DNA of 55,724 nt from a virus (Duplodnaviria; Caudoviricetes): positions 1 through 55,724 of the IMG/VR virus record IMGVR_UViG_3300014822_000096. The stretch is one strand, 5' to 3'. The notes beneath the pieces were generated by a model. That model saw nothing but the letters and a program-made list of their open reading frames with translations. It was not told the origin of the DNA and did not search any database. The position numbers and the translations under genes are program-made. Below are positions 19,260 to 29,751 of the stretch, one piece after another; within the stretch, counting starts at the first letter, position 1, and each line of letters opens with the position of its first letter.

Positions 19260-19750
19260 CTCCGTTGGACAAGACGCCAACGTCTGTGCCTCTCCACCTC
19301 ACACACCTGTGGCCATCCTTCTCACGAGCCGCAAGAGTCCTCAACCTCGACCCCGCCGAAACCTACGCCACGCTCTACAACCGTCGCATACGCACAACGG
19401 TCGGCGCATGCATCCATCGATACTCACCCACCGAACGCGCCGTGATCTACATCATCATCGAACTCATGCAAAGCGCCATCATCTCCCCATCACTCAAGGA
19501 ACTCTCGGATTTCCTGCACATTCCCCGCTCCACCATCAATACCTGGCGCGTCACCACAAACCGCCACTCCATCGATCTCTCCCGCATCCGCAGTCGCTAC
19601 GCCAACTACACGCCAGACACCGGACCAGCCCCAGCCGACGACATCAACGAAGCCATCATCGCCACCATCAAAGCGTACACGCCCAAGGTCCGCCAACGCC
19701 GTTCACGCAAACCCAAGCCCAAACCCGTCGTATACTCACCGCCAACCTGA
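19256..19750 (+). CDS. putative HTH DNA-binding protein
   Basis: PSLKELSDFLHIPRSTINTW; basic C-terminus. Confidence 0.55.
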   Translation: MTPLDKTPTSVPLHLTHLWPSFSRAARVLNLDPAETYATLYNRRIRTTVGACIHRYSPTERAVIYIIIELMQSAIISPSLKELSDFLHIPRSTINTWRVTTNRHSIDLSRIRSRYANYTPDTGPAPADDINEAIIATIKAYTPKVRQRRSRKPKPKPVVYSPPT

Positions 19751-19762
19751 CGGAGGGAGACC

Positions 19763-20023
19763 ATGTCCAACCTCACCGTAGAGACGGATGTCGGTCCAGT
19801 TCCCATCCGCGTCACGCTCTTCGAACACGTCGGCTACATATGGCACGTCACCGCGCGCTACGGCGACCTTCCTCCACACTATCACGCCTGGATGGCCAAG
19901 CGCCACGCCGAACCACACCCGCAACTCGCCTTCGGATTCCGCACAGCTGACGACGCCATAGCGTGGCTCATCGACGAACACAACGCACAGAAGACGCAGA
20001 ACGCCACGGAACCCGATCCATGA
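19763..20023 (+). CDS. hypothetical protein
   Basis: GGAG RBS. Confidence 0.65.
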   Translation: MSNLTVETDVGPVPIRVTLFEHVGYIWHVTARYGDLPPHYHAWMAKRHAEPHPQLAFGFRTADDAIAWLIDEHNAQKTQNATEPDP

Positions 20024-20844
20024 TGAACCGCCAACCGTCCAAGCCTGCGGTACGTCTTGAGGTGTTGCCCCCCCTCCCACAGTGTAGGGACTGCGACACC
20101 CACATCACGGCCCACAATCCTGGCGTGCCGCTGCGACGCATCCCATCCAACGCGCCGTCGGACGCGCCAGCCATCCTCTTCGTCGGCCAGAATCCTGGCT
20201 ACACCGAGGACACGCACAACGCCGCCTTCATTGGCCGCTCGGGCGTCATCCTCTGCGGTGGTTGGCGTAGCGACAACGAGCACCGCTTCGATCTCCACCC
20301 ATCAACGCCCAATCCGCCCTCCACCTTCGTACCAGGCCCCTACGTAGACGGCGCTCGGCTCCGCGACCGAGCTCACCTCTACGTTGTCAACGCCGTCCGC
20401 TGCGCCACACCGTCCAACTCAGTTCCACCCGAACGCTCCCTCGCCGCCTGTTCACGCCACCTCATCCACGACATCCATGCCCTTGCCGCCCGCCACGACC
20501 GCCTGGCCATCGTCTGCCTCGGAGCAGTCGCAGTCCGAGCCATCTACAAGCACATCCTCGGATGGCCCTCCAAGCGATGCACGCAGACCGAAGCCTTCAC
20601 CGTCAACGGCGATCCGCAACCCATCATCGCGGGCCGCCCCATGCCCGTCTTCACGACATACCACCCCGCCTACATTCTCCGCAACCCCAACGCTCTCAAT
20701 GCAGTCAAGGACCATCTCACGCTTCTCCACACGCACTTCCTCACGACCGCAGCGTCCTCGATCCCGTCCCTGAATATCGTGGAGCCAGGACCGCCATGCC
20801 CCCCGCAAACCCAACGTCCCAACCATCCCAACCATCACGCATAA
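20020..20844 (+). CDS. uracil-DNA glycosylase superfamily protein (family 4-like)
   Basis: CRDC, ILFVGQNPG..ED...FIGRSG, NAVRC and TYHPAYILRNP. Confidence 0.88.
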   Translation: MMNRQPSKPAVRLEVLPPLPQCRDCDTHITAHNPGVPLRRIPSNAPSDAPAILFVGQNPGYTEDTHNAAFIGRSGVILCGGWRSDNEHRFDLHPSTPNPPSTFVPGPYVDGARLRDRAHLYVVNAVRCATPSNSVPPERSLAACSRHLIHDIHALAARHDRLAIVCLGAVAVRAIYKHILGWPSKRCTQTEAFTVNGDPQPIIAGRPMPVFTTYHPAYILRNPNALNAVKDHLTLLHTHFLTTAASSIPSLNIVEPGPPCPPQTQRPNHPNHHA

Positions 20845-23009
20845 TCTCGCTCGACATCGAGACCTACGGCATCGCAGCGACGAACTGGAAGGGAGCCCCC
20901 CTCCCACAGCAGAGGCACATGCATCCCGCCCGTTCGCTCGCTCAAGACGGCGTGTCCCGATCCGACCTCATCCTCACGTGCGCCGTCACCCGCTGCACCA
21001 TAGACCAACCACAGGACCATACCCCGCAACCCCAACTGTGGGAGGGGGGTCCTTGGCCTGCCAGAATCACGCCTCGCGAGACTCGGGTCTTCCGCCTGTG
21101 GAACCCCACGCACAAGCGGTGGCTTTGCGATTGGCTTACATGGTGCGATTGCATCATCGGCCAATCGCTCCTCTTCGACCTCTCCTATCTGCGGGCGTTG
21201 CCCCGCTTCGCCAAGCATCTGCCTTATGACAAACTCCTCGTTGATCTGACCGTCCTGAACTTCCTTGATGACGAGTCTCGACCTGAACGTTCCCTGAAAG
21301 CGTTGTGCCGCCTGCTCGGCGTCGCACGGTACGACGAGAAGGCGATGCTCGCACGCTCCGGCGAGTCCCGTTACCCGTCCGCGGACGATCCCGCCCTCGC
21401 CGAGTACAACGCGCAGGACTCGCACAACACGGCTGCGGCTGTCGCCATACTCACTCAGCGATTCATGGAGCGTGAGCCCGCTCGGGCCAAGGTCGCATTG
21501 TCCAACCGGACGCTCGCGTTCTACTCCGACTTGATCTGGTCCTGCCTGCACATGATCGAAGCGGGCATTCCCATGTCCCGCAACGCGTTGGAGTCCCTCC
21601 ACGCCAAGTGCGCAGCGGAGCTCGAAGCGTCGCGCAAGGAACTCATCGAACGACACAACATCCAGATTTCCGGCGCAGGCTCGTCCATCACAGCCAACGC
21701 AGTCGCAGCTCCCGACACACCATCGCTCTCCGACGATCTCGCCAAGCCCAAGTCACGCATTCAATGGATCGAGGAATCGTTCAGGGCTGTGCCTTCGTCC
21801 ATGTGCCGCAACGTCTTCAACGTGGACTCACCCGACGACATCCCCCTCCTCAAGTACACGAAGACAGGCTTCATCTCCACGGACCGCACGAATCGCGCAG
21901 TGCTCAAGTCGCTGCGTCCCGACCTCGCCGACGCCATCGACGCATGGGACCGGCACGACAACGCCAAGAGCCTCATCACCCGCTACCTCGATCCGCTCCT
22001 GCGAGACCACACCTCAACCACCATCGACAACCGATCCTGCGCTGTGCATGTCGGACCTGACGATCCCGATCTCCTGATGGGCTGGCCCTCCATTTTCATC
22101 GTGCCTGCGCCCGAGAAACACGGACGAGCGTCGGGCGGCCAGCGGCACATGCGATGCTCCTTCAAGCGTCCCGCGGCTCAGACGTTTCCTCCGGTGATCA
22201 AGGCATGCATGCGCAGCCCGTGGCCCGACGGCTTCATCGTCTCCTACGACTTCTCTCAGATCGACCTCCGCGTCGCCGCTCTGCTCTCCGGAGACGAAAC
22301 TCTCGTCCGTAACTACAAGGAGGGCAGAGACCTCCACGCAGACCGCGCCATTTCCATCTTCGGCAAAGACATCGTGAACGATCCGAACTTCGGTTGCGGC
22401 GACATGTCCTGCGATCCCCGCCAATGGGCCAAGCGGATCAACTTTTCTGACCTCTACCTCTCCGGCCCGCACACCATGCAGAAGAACCTCTACGTGGAGT
22501 CTGGCGTGCTGTTCCCTCTGGACTTCTTCAGACGCATCGTAGATGAGCGGAAACTACTCCGTCCTGGCCTTACTGCGTGGCAACAATCCCTGCTCCGCGA
22601 GGCTGGTCGCACGGGTCGTGTGTGGCTTCCTCTCCTCGGCCAGGCGCGCACATTCGCCACGGACAACACGACCCCACACAAGAGCGAGATCGTGAACTTC
22701 CCAGTCCAATCCGAAGCGTCCTTGACCACGATGTCCATGCAGATCGCCGTCCACAAACGCCTCACGAACCGCGGCGCCCTCCATCCCGCCGTCCGCATGT
22801 TTCTCAACGTCCACGACGCAAACTATTTCGTGGTCGCCAGTCGAGACGCCTACGACAATGTCCTCAAGCCAGCCATCGACGATGCCTTCGAGGAGCTGAC
22901 GACGACCGGCCACTGGTCTGATCTCCAGCGTCACTACGGCCACGATGTCCCATTGGCCATGTCCATCTCAGTCCCCGAGCCTGCTGAGGCTGTGGGAGGG
23001 GGGCGATAA
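20796..23009 (+). CDS. polA: family A DNA polymerase with 3'-5' exonuclease
   Basis: ExoI LDIET, ExoII FDLSYL, ExoIII YNAQD; motif A DFSQIDLR, motif B RQWAKRINFSDLY, motif C VHD; start inferred from AGGA then ATG 20796. Confidence 0.93.
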   Translation: MPPANPTSQPSQPSRIISLDIETYGIAATNWKGAPLPQQRHMHPARSLAQDGVSRSDLILTCAVTRCTIDQPQDHTPQPQLWEGGPWPARITPRETRVFRLWNPTHKRWLCDWLTWCDCIIGQSLLFDLSYLRALPRFAKHLPYDKLLVDLTVLNFLDDESRPERSLKALCRLLGVARYDEKAMLARSGESRYPSADDPALAEYNAQDSHNTAAAVAILTQRFMEREPARAKVALSNRTLAFYSDLIWSCLHMIEAGIPMSRNALESLHAKCAAELEASRKELIERHNIQISGAGSSITANAVAAPDTPSLSDDLAKPKSRIQWIEESFRAVPSSMCRNVFNVDSPDDIPLLKYTKTGFISTDRTNRAVLKSLRPDLADAIDAWDRHDNAKSLITRYLDPLLRDHTSTTIDNRSCAVHVGPDDPDLLMGWPSIFIVPAPEKHGRASGGQRHMRCSFKRPAAQTFPPVIKACMRSPWPDGFIVSYDFSQIDLRVAALLSGDETLVRNYKEGRDLHADRAISIFGKDIVNDPNFGCGDMSCDPRQWAKRINFSDLYLSGPHTMQKNLYVESGVLFPLDFFRRIVDERKLLRPGLTAWQQSLLREAGRTGRVWLPLLGQARTFATDNTTPHKSEIVNFPVQSEASLTTMSMQIAVHKRLTNRGALHPAVRMFLNVHDANYFVVASRDAYDNVLKPAIDDAFEELTTTGHWSDLQRHYGHDVPLAMSISVPEPAEAVGGGR

Positions 23010-23022
23010 CGGAGCGACGGTC

Positions 23023-23535
23023 ATGGAGCGACAGGAGCGATCCCCGATTCATCCCCAGTGGCATGTGTCCCTGCTCAAGCGGCGCATCCGGCTCTCGATC
23101 TTTCTGACGTGCGGCGTCCCGCTCCGCGTTGCCGCTGCCTTGTGCGACTGCAACGAGCGCACGGCTCGGGACACGGCGGCACAACTTGGGCTGCCCACGA
23201 ACCCCCCGCTCGACAAATGCGCCATGCGTGCCATTCGAGGCGTTCCGCCCTCCCAGATGCTCGATATGGCTGCGTTCCTGAGGACATCTCCGGCGGTCGT
23301 GGCTCCGCTGATCCGCGGCGTGGACCCTCCTGACGTGCTGTCTCGCATCGCCATGGCCATGTCGGTGACGGCCTGCTGGGCCAGGCTGTGGGAGGGGGGC
23401 CCTCGTCTCTCTGTGACGCGGGATTGGGGCACGGCGTTCGGCGAGGCGTATCGAGACTCGCACAGGCGGGCTATGGCCGCTATACTCAGGGGCAACCCGT
23501 ACCACACGCGACCCACGGGAAGCAGGTCCACGTGA
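23023..23535 (+). CDS. hypothetical protein, possible HTH
   Basis: GGAG RBS; PLRVAAALCDCNERTARD. Confidence 0.5.
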   Translation: MERQERSPIHPQWHVSLLKRRIRLSIFLTCGVPLRVAAALCDCNERTARDTAAQLGLPTNPPLDKCAMRAIRGVPPSQMLDMAAFLRTSPAVVAPLIRGVDPPDVLSRIAMAMSVTACWARLWEGGPRLSVTRDWGTAFGEAYRDSHRRAMAAILRGNPYHTRPTGSRST

Positions 23536-23556
23536 GAGCGGTGGTGAGGCGACGGC

Positions 23557-24165
23557 ATGGCTGCTCTTCCTCCGATAACGGTTCTCATCGATTCACGGGA
23601 GAAGACGCCGCTGCCGTTTCCTGCACGGATGACGTGTCTCGATCCGAGGCATTCGCCCACGTCGTGCCGCAAGGTCTCGGTCCGCGTTGTGACGAAGAGA
23701 AAACATCTGGAGACCGCTGATTATGTGCTTGCGGATGAGCCTGGCGTGGTGTATACTGCAGGCAGGGGGGCGAGCGGAGTCGGCGTCGTGGAGACGAAGC
23801 GATCCATCGACGAGCTTGCGGCGAACTGTCTCTCGGCGTCGGGTCGGCGTGCGTTTTCGCGGATGCTGGCTCGAATGCGAGAGGCGTTCCTGAAGCCATA
23901 CCTGATCGTGGAGGGAGGTCTCCACACGCTGGCCATGCCGCCGAGGCACTTCCCCAAGGTGATCGAGCCTGGGTTGGTGGTCGACGCCCTGCTCCGCCTA
24001 ACGATGGAAGCAGATATTCCAGTGATTCCGCTGGGCACGGTTTCTCTCCAGGGGCGTAGACGGATGGGAGAATATGTCGCTAGAATGCTGCTGAACGCAG
24101 CGTTGGCGGCAAAGCCGACGCAAGAGCCAGCGGAGGCAGGACTATGCCAAATCCAACGTTCATAG
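23557..24165 (+). CDS. ERCC4 (XPF/Mus81-like) nuclease, probable resolvase
   Basis: IDSRE, LETADY, VETKRSIDEL and YLIVEG. Confidence 0.85.
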   Translation: MAALPPITVLIDSREKTPLPFPARMTCLDPRHSPTSCRKVSVRVVTKRKHLETADYVLADEPGVVYTAGRGASGVGVVETKRSIDELAANCLSASGRRAFSRMLARMREAFLKPYLIVEGGLHTLAMPPRHFPKVIEPGLVVDALLRLTMEADIPVIPLGTVSLQGRRRMGEYVARMLLNAALAAKPTQEPAEAGLCQIQRS

Positions 24166-24773
24166 GAAACATGCCGGAGCCTGTGGCGAATCCTCAGGTG
24201 GCGATCTCCGCCAATCACGGCCCGCTCATCATCCTCACAAAGGGCGCCGCACAAGCGCAGGATGATCCTGATAATCCTTATGAAGTCGCTTCAGGTGTCG
24301 ACGCAAGAGCAAACAATGTGTTCATCACACGCACGCAAAACTATCCACTTCTGAATCTGTATTTGCTTATCGAAGGAACGCATACGCCAACGCAGTCATG
24401 TATCGCGCATGCATATGGTCTGGTGCCCATACCACCTATAGGAACACCACGATTGGATGGTGTGCCTCTACAGTTGAGTGATGTTTCCGTGATTGCAACC
24501 GATTTCCGCACAAACTCTGAGGTGGCCAACGTTGATGAGTCTGTGCCCAGGGGATACTGGGTTCCGCTGCTGAGACCCACCGATGGCGCGCACGATCTTG
24601 ACTTCGGACTCACGCCCGAGGTGTTCATGGATGGCACGTCGCTTGATTTCCGCATCTACCACAACAACGCGTTCGTCTATTGCGGCAATGTGGATTATGT
24701 CATGGTGCTCATCAAGCAAGCATATGTTCCTGCCGTGACCGCAAGCGCTATCGCTGGTCAGTTCTACGGATGA
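24144..24773 (+). CDS. hypothetical beta-rich protein
   Basis: GGAGG/AGGA RBS; 209 aa. Confidence 0.7.
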   Translation: MPNPTFIGNMPEPVANPQVAISANHGPLIILTKGAAQAQDDPDNPYEVASGVDARANNVFITRTQNYPLLNLYLLIEGTHTPTQSCIAHAYGLVPIPPIGTPRLDGVPLQLSDVSVIATDFRTNSEVANVDESVPRGYWVPLLRPTDGAHDLDFGLTPEVFMDGTSLDFRIYHNNAFVYCGNVDYVMVLIKQAYVPAVTASAIAGQFYG

Positions 24774-24791
24774 TAGTTATGGTCGTAATGG

Positions 24792-25214
24792 GTGATCGTC
24801 ATCATGGCGTCTGATCCGTTTGGTGTTCCTGTGGATGGTTTGTTGCAACTCGGCGCTACGGGGATACTCGCGGCATCGATATTCTACATGATCAAGACGT
24901 TGATCCCCGCCATGAACAAGAGGACGGATGAGGTCACGGACCGCATCATCGATGATCTGAAGAACGATCGGAAGGCTTTTCTTGAGCATATGCAGGAGAT
25001 GTCGCAACAGTCCCACCAATGGCAGACTGAAGTCGTCGATCAACTGCAGTTGCTCTCCAAATCAGTCCAGCGCATGGCGGTCGCCATCGCCATCACGCGG
25101 ACGGCCAATGAAGGCAATCCCGAACAAATCATGAGAGACATCGACGCCATCGTCAACGGCGTCAAGGGCGTCAGGCAGGCAGAGAACACGACAAAGCAGG
25201 AGGACGCATCATGA
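24792..25214 (+). CDS. holin-like membrane protein (one TM plus coiled coil)
   Basis: LLQLGATGILAASIFYMI followed by a helical domain. Confidence 0.5.
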   Translation: MIVIMASDPFGVPVDGLLQLGATGILAASIFYMIKTLIPAMNKRTDEVTDRIIDDLKNDRKAFLEHMQEMSQQSHQWQTEVVDQLQLLSKSVQRMAVAIAITRTANEGNPEQIMRDIDAIVNGVKGVRQAENTTKQEDAS

Positions 25215-25501
25215 GCGTCACACATATCGCAAGCGTCACGAGAATCGTGAAGCATGGCAGGATTCCAGGCATCGCCTGGGTTATCGGACTGTCCGCCGTG
25301 CTCGCAGGCTGCGGCGGTTGTGTCTGCGTGGACTCAACGACTGCGAAGGCATACGCCGACGCCACGGCCACGGAGTATCGAGCCTACGTGGAGAACGATC
25401 CCAACTTGACGCAAGAGCAGAAGGACCGTAGACTCCGCGCGATCGAAGCGTTCGTGCGGCTCGCCGATCAGGTCGAAGGCAAGAAGAAGAGCGGATCGTG
25501 A
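25211..25501 (+). CDS. putative lipoprotein
   Basis: hydrophobic signal ending in lipobox LAGC. Confidence 0.65.
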   Translation: MSVTHIASVTRIVKHGRIPGIAWVIGLSAVLAGCGGCVCVDSTTAKAYADATATEYRAYVENDPNLTQEQKDRRLRAIEAFVRLADQVEGKKKSGS

Positions 25502-25508
25502 GGACGCC

Positions 25509-25823
25509 ATGAACGATCTCGAATCCTTCATCCAGGAACTTCTCGAATCCTCTCAGGACGCGCTCGACGAAGTCCTCGACGGCATCGACGACCCGCAGAC
25601 GAAAGACGCCGTCCAGGCAGCCGCGTCCGACATCGCCAAACTCACGGCGCAGTGGATCGCCAACCCAGCCAATCGACAGGACATCGAGCGAGAGATGCGC
25701 TTCGCGGCCTCTACGATCGCGAGCACGCTCAACTTTGAACGCAATGAAGCGATCAAGACCTTCATGCATAAGCTGGAGGAGCCGCTGGGGAGGCTCGGCT
25801 CCATCCTGCTGTCGCTTGTGTAG
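25509..25823 (+). CDS. hypothetical helical protein
   Basis: GAGGA RBS. Confidence 0.7.
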   Translation: MNDLESFIQELLESSQDALDEVLDGIDDPQTKDAVQAAASDIAKLTAQWIANPANRQDIEREMRFAASTIASTLNFERNEAIKTFMHKLEEPLGRLGSILLSLV

Positions 25824-25912
25824 ACTGGTTTAGACCCCCCTCCCACAGCGGTGGGGGTGAGCGCCAATGTGCCTCACCCCCACCATTCTTTCCACGGTGA
25901 CCCAACGCTGCG

Positions 25913-26560
25913 ATGGCAATCACGGCTACGAGGTCGGCAGGCAGTGAAGAAACGATCGCCAACGGCGATGTGGCCTGGTCTCTGTCCGGCGACATCACAA
26001 TAGACAACAGTTCACCTCGCACAGCGTCCGCCTCTGGTGACGATGCAATCGTCACGGAGCAGACGTTCCACGAGATTCGCGGATTCAACTTCGGGTTCTC
26101 CGTTGACAACATTCCCAATGACGCCACGATCACTGGCGTCGAGGCGCGCATCAACCGGTGGTACACGGAGGATACAGCAGATGCCGAAGTCGTTGACGTG
26201 TCCGTCCGCCTCGTTGTCGATGACGGCTTCGGCGGACGAACGACCACAGGCACATCGCAGTCAGCGGCCACATGGTCCACAACGTTCACAACGACGGACA
26301 CCATAGGCGGCGACGGCAACACATGGGGTGCAGCACTGACTCCAACCGATGTCGCCAACGCGAACTTCGGCGTCTCCATCATCGCCAAGGGCAAGCAGAA
26401 ACTGTTGAATGTAGGCACATGGGCGGCCACAGCCAACATCGACTTCGTGGAGATGCTGGTCTATTGGACGCAGCCCGCAGCGCCGATCTCCGGAATATTC
26501 GGGTGGCTCTGCAACAAGAACAAGCATGGAGGTCGTAAACTCTCCATCCTGAACCCTTAG
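25913..26560 (+). CDS. beta-rich domain protein (paralog 3)
   Basis: IPNDATITGVE and IGGDGNTWG..LTPTDVANANFGV. Confidence 0.8.
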   Translation: MAITATRSAGSEETIANGDVAWSLSGDITIDNSSPRTASASGDDAIVTEQTFHEIRGFNFGFSVDNIPNDATITGVEARINRWYTEDTADAEVVDVSVRLVVDDGFGGRTTTGTSQSAATWSTTFTTTDTIGGDGNTWGAALTPTDVANANFGVSIIAKGKQKLLNVGTWAATANIDFVEMLVYWTQPAAPISGIFGWLCNKNKHGGRKLSILNP

Positions 26561-26588
26561 CCTGCGCACGCACGCACGGAGGACGCAC

Positions 26589-27950
26589 ATGACGACATCT
26601 CAGCACAAAACTTCGATCGTTGACGCTATGGCCGCTGCGGGCGTATCGCCCGTTGTGCCGGACATCCGTTCATCTGATGCGGGAATGCTCAACGATCCGT
26701 TCAAGTACATGCTCTCTCGCAGATTTGGACTCGTCCCCCTGCTCTGGTTCTCCGAAGCGCTCTCCATAGGCACATGGTGGCACCTCTGCGCTGAGGGCGT
26801 CTACGAGAAGGACTACGGCGTCAGCGAGTTCCAACGCCGATCCGCCGCTCGTCTGGAGGAGATCGAAGCATTGCTCAAACTCCACGGTGTGCAGGAAGAC
26901 GCCATCGTGGACATCATCGAGCGTGAGCGTAAGAGCGCTCTCAAGGCTGCTGCGTGCTACGAAGCCACCATCAACATGCCTGTGCACATCGGCTCCATGC
27001 TCAAACACGGCTTCGGCACATGGCTGCGGCAACACGACCGCAGACCCCTTGCCCGCGAGCGCGATCTGCGCATCGAGATGCCGGACCTTGCAACCAACCT
27101 CGTCGCCAGGCCGGACATGCTCGTCTACGATCCAAAGGCTGGTGGCGTGTGGATCATCGACTACAAGACCACTGCATCCTCCGCCATCGACTATTGCAGG
27201 TACGCCGCCGCCCGCTTCCAGACGATGCACTACATCCGCGTGACGCATTGGGCATTGCAGCTTGGCGCCTTGGCCGAAGAGCTTGCCGCCATCGGAGCGC
27301 AGAAGAGAACCGAGTGTCTCGGCATGGTGCACTTCGTCGTTCGCAAGCCAACCATCTCGCCAAGCTCAGTGGACTGCCCATACGTCTACGAAGCCGAATC
27401 CGCCAAGACAGGCTACCGCGGCTTCGCAGAGAAGACGCCCAAGGGCTGGCGCGTCGTCGTCATCGACGCTGACGGTGTAGAGCATCCCAAGACAGCGTCC
27501 AACGAAGATGACGCTGTGGAAATCCTGTGGACTGGCGTTGGAAAGAAACCATCCAAGGTCCGCTCCAGCGTCCACGACTACCATGCCTACCTCGCGCGCG
27601 TCCGCGACTGGTACTCGTCTTCCGAGCGAGTCGCCGCCGACGTGGTCAACATGTCCATCACGCCAGCCGATTGGGTTCTCGACCCCAGCCGTGACGCCGA
27701 GTACGCCGGAATCATCGGCTGGGTGGCCCGACTCGCGGACGCTCCGCTGGACTTCGAGCACTACCCCCGCATAGGATCGTCGATCCAAGCGAACATGAAC
27801 AGGAGGCCAAGCCCATATGCAGACTTCTACATCACAGACCCAGAAGAGTGGCCGGAAGTCATCGCCCGCAACCGATTCATCGTCTCCCACAGAGACCGTA
27901 AAGACCGAGCGGAAGACTTCGCGGAAGCCCAAGCCAAAGCGGAGGCATGA
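26589..27950 (+). CDS. PD-(D/E)XK nuclease (RecB/Cas4-like exonuclease)
   Basis: GTWWH, ARPDML, WIIDYKT and QTMHY. Confidence 0.85.
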   Translation: MTTSQHKTSIVDAMAAAGVSPVVPDIRSSDAGMLNDPFKYMLSRRFGLVPLLWFSEALSIGTWWHLCAEGVYEKDYGVSEFQRRSAARLEEIEALLKLHGVQEDAIVDIIERERKSALKAAACYEATINMPVHIGSMLKHGFGTWLRQHDRRPLARERDLRIEMPDLATNLVARPDMLVYDPKAGGVWIIDYKTTASSAIDYCRYAAARFQTMHYIRVTHWALQLGALAEELAAIGAQKRTECLGMVHFVVRKPTISPSSVDCPYVYEAESAKTGYRGFAEKTPKGWRVVVIDADGVEHPKTASNEDDAVEILWTGVGKKPSKVRSSVHDYHAYLARVRDWYSSSERVAADVVNMSITPADWVLDPSRDAEYAGIIGWVARLADAPLDFEHYPRIGSSIQANMNRRPSPYADFYITDPEEWPEVIARNRFIVSHRDRKDRAEDFAEAQAKAEA

Positions 27951-27972
27951 CCCCCCTCCCACAGACCAGTCT

Positions 27973-28500
27973 ATGAACAATGCATCCGCCAAGCCTTCCG
28001 CCAAGCCTTCCGCCAAGCGCACCGTCTTCGATGCGTTGCTCGAAGCGTCTGCGGACACCGTGCTCAAGCCTCTCATTCGACGCCTTGCAGCCGAACGCGA
28101 CGCAGACGGGCGTGGGCCCTACACCTCGCTCACCGAGCTGCGACGCGACATCGAAGCCGCACTCAACGTGGCCATTCCTGAGAACCGATTCGCCGCTCTC
28201 CGCAAAGCGTGCGGGCTCACCACCGTTCGAGTGCTCGACATCCTCATCGATGGACAATCCATTTACACGCCCGCTGAGATGATGACCCCCCTCCCACAGC
28301 CGAAGGTTGAGCCGCAGACGGCAGCCATGAATGTCTCGGATGGCGACTCGATCGGTCAGACCGCCGACCTGATCCGTGAAGCGCTTCGCGCGTCAACGTT
28401 CACGAAGAGAGAGCAGGACACCGGTCAGCCGAGCGTTCCCGACGACATACCGCCGCCGACCACCGTGGACGACCTCATGAACATGGAGCGTATTCCGTAA
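27973..28500 (+). CDS. hypothetical protein
   Basis: ORF between the nuclease and the ATPase; start uncertain. Confidence 0.6.
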   Translation: MNNASAKPSAKPSAKRTVFDALLEASADTVLKPLIRRLAAERDADGRGPYTSLTELRRDIEAALNVAIPENRFAALRKACGLTTVRVLDILIDGQSIYTPAEMMTPLPQPKVEPQTAAMNVSDGDSIGQTADLIREALRASTFTKREQDTGQPSVPDDIPPPTTVDDLMNMERIP

Positions 28501-28560
28501 TCGTCAGTCGCACGCACCACGCATCCGGCGTAGCGCGTCGGATAGCAAAGGAGGACAAGC

Positions 28561-29685
28561 ATGGCAGCAACCACAGTGCCCAAACAGTCAGCCAATCGTC
28601 CCACAATGGACGCTGCGCCGCCTGGCTCGCTTCGCAAGTATTCCCGCTTGCGGGGCATCTCGGGCGTGCCCATCGTCCCGCCGCTGTCGAAGCAGACCAT
28701 GATGATCGCAGGTCGAACCGGCGTCGGCAAGACCGCGTTCATCCAGTCGTGCCCCACGGGCTACATCATCAACACGGACCTGTGCGGAGTGACCACGCCC
28801 CACTTCAAGGCGACCATCTGGCCAGCCGTCTCATCAGACATGCGTCCATGCGAGGCCGCGTCGCCCCGCGAGGTGGGCGCGTTCAAGGATGAGGAACTGT
28901 CCGAGCAGGTCGGCTTCGATGTGTGGCTCAAGCCAGTCGAGATGACGTGGGACGCAGTGCTTGAACAAGCCAACATCCTCGTCAGCCTCGCCAAGCAGAA
29001 CGTGCCTGACCGTCCCGAGATCGTCTTCCTCGACACAGTGGACAGCACGATCCGCATGCTCCAACCGTGGGTCGCCGCCAAATACGGCAAGGATTCGTTC
29101 GACGCGTTGCACGGCAAACTCGGTTGGCCCGCCATCTGGGATGAGGTCACCGGTTTGTGCCGTCGCCTCACTGCGGCAGGCTACGGCTTCGTGTATGTGC
29201 TCCACCTCACGGACAAGATCGTCTACGAGAACCAGGAAGCGTCGATCCTCCGCAACATTCCGCGCATCACAGACAACTTCAGCCTGCAGATTCAGGCCAC
29301 GTGCGGCATCTGCGGCGTCATCGACATCACGGAGGAATCGTGCACCGAGAAGGTTCCGCTCAAGGATCGCAACGGCAATCCGATCCTCAACGCCCAGGGC
29401 AAGCCACGCACTCGTGATCGCGTGGTGACCGAGCGTGTCCATACGCTCAGTTTCGACGCCAAGGTGAATCGCTACGCGGCCAAGAACAGAGTCGGGTTGA
29501 CTGACTTCCTCGGAGCGTCTAAGCTCCGCCTCCCACTCGACGATGGATGGGGCGCGTTCGCAAACGCCTACAACAGCGCACGCAAGGCGTTCATCGAACG
29601 CATCAAGTCCGACATGACCGGACCCGCGTCATCCGAGAACGCAGCGCAGGACGCTGCACCGGACACTGATCCAAACGAGTCTTGA
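28561..29685 (+). CDS. AAA_24/Sak4-like recombination ATPase
   Basis: Walker A GRTGVGKT, Walker B IVFLDTVD, C-terminal AKNR; lies between exonuclease and probable SSB. Confidence 0.8.
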   Translation: MAATTVPKQSANRPTMDAAPPGSLRKYSRLRGISGVPIVPPLSKQTMMIAGRTGVGKTAFIQSCPTGYIINTDLCGVTTPHFKATIWPAVSSDMRPCEAASPREVGAFKDEELSEQVGFDVWLKPVEMTWDAVLEQANILVSLAKQNVPDRPEIVFLDTVDSTIRMLQPWVAAKYGKDSFDALHGKLGWPAIWDEVTGLCRRLTAAGYGFVYVLHLTDKIVYENQEASILRNIPRITDNFSLQIQATCGICGVIDITEESCTEKVPLKDRNGNPILNAQGKPRTRDRVVTERVHTLSFDAKVNRYAAKNRVGLTDFLGASKLRLPLDDGWGAFANAYNSARKAFIERIKSDMTGPASSENAAQDAAPDTDPNES

Positions 29686-29709
29686 CTCTCCCGCCGAGTT
29701 GCGTATACT
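29682..29709 (+). promoter_or_regulatory. sigma70-type promoter
   Basis: TTGACT-16 nt-TATACT. Confidence 0.6.
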
Positions 29710-29751
29710 CGGACGCTCGGGAGAGCACGCACCACAGACCGAAGGAGGTCT

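Noticed and set aside
20562-20844. Programmed frameshift fusing UDG and PolA
   Set aside because: PolA has its own AGGA-ATG at 20796 just before the ExoI motif, so no fusion is needed.
26589-27950. Cas4 of a CRISPR system together with Csx16
   Set aside because: There are no cas1/cas2 genes or array, and it sits in a standard exonuclease-Sak4-SSB recombination module.
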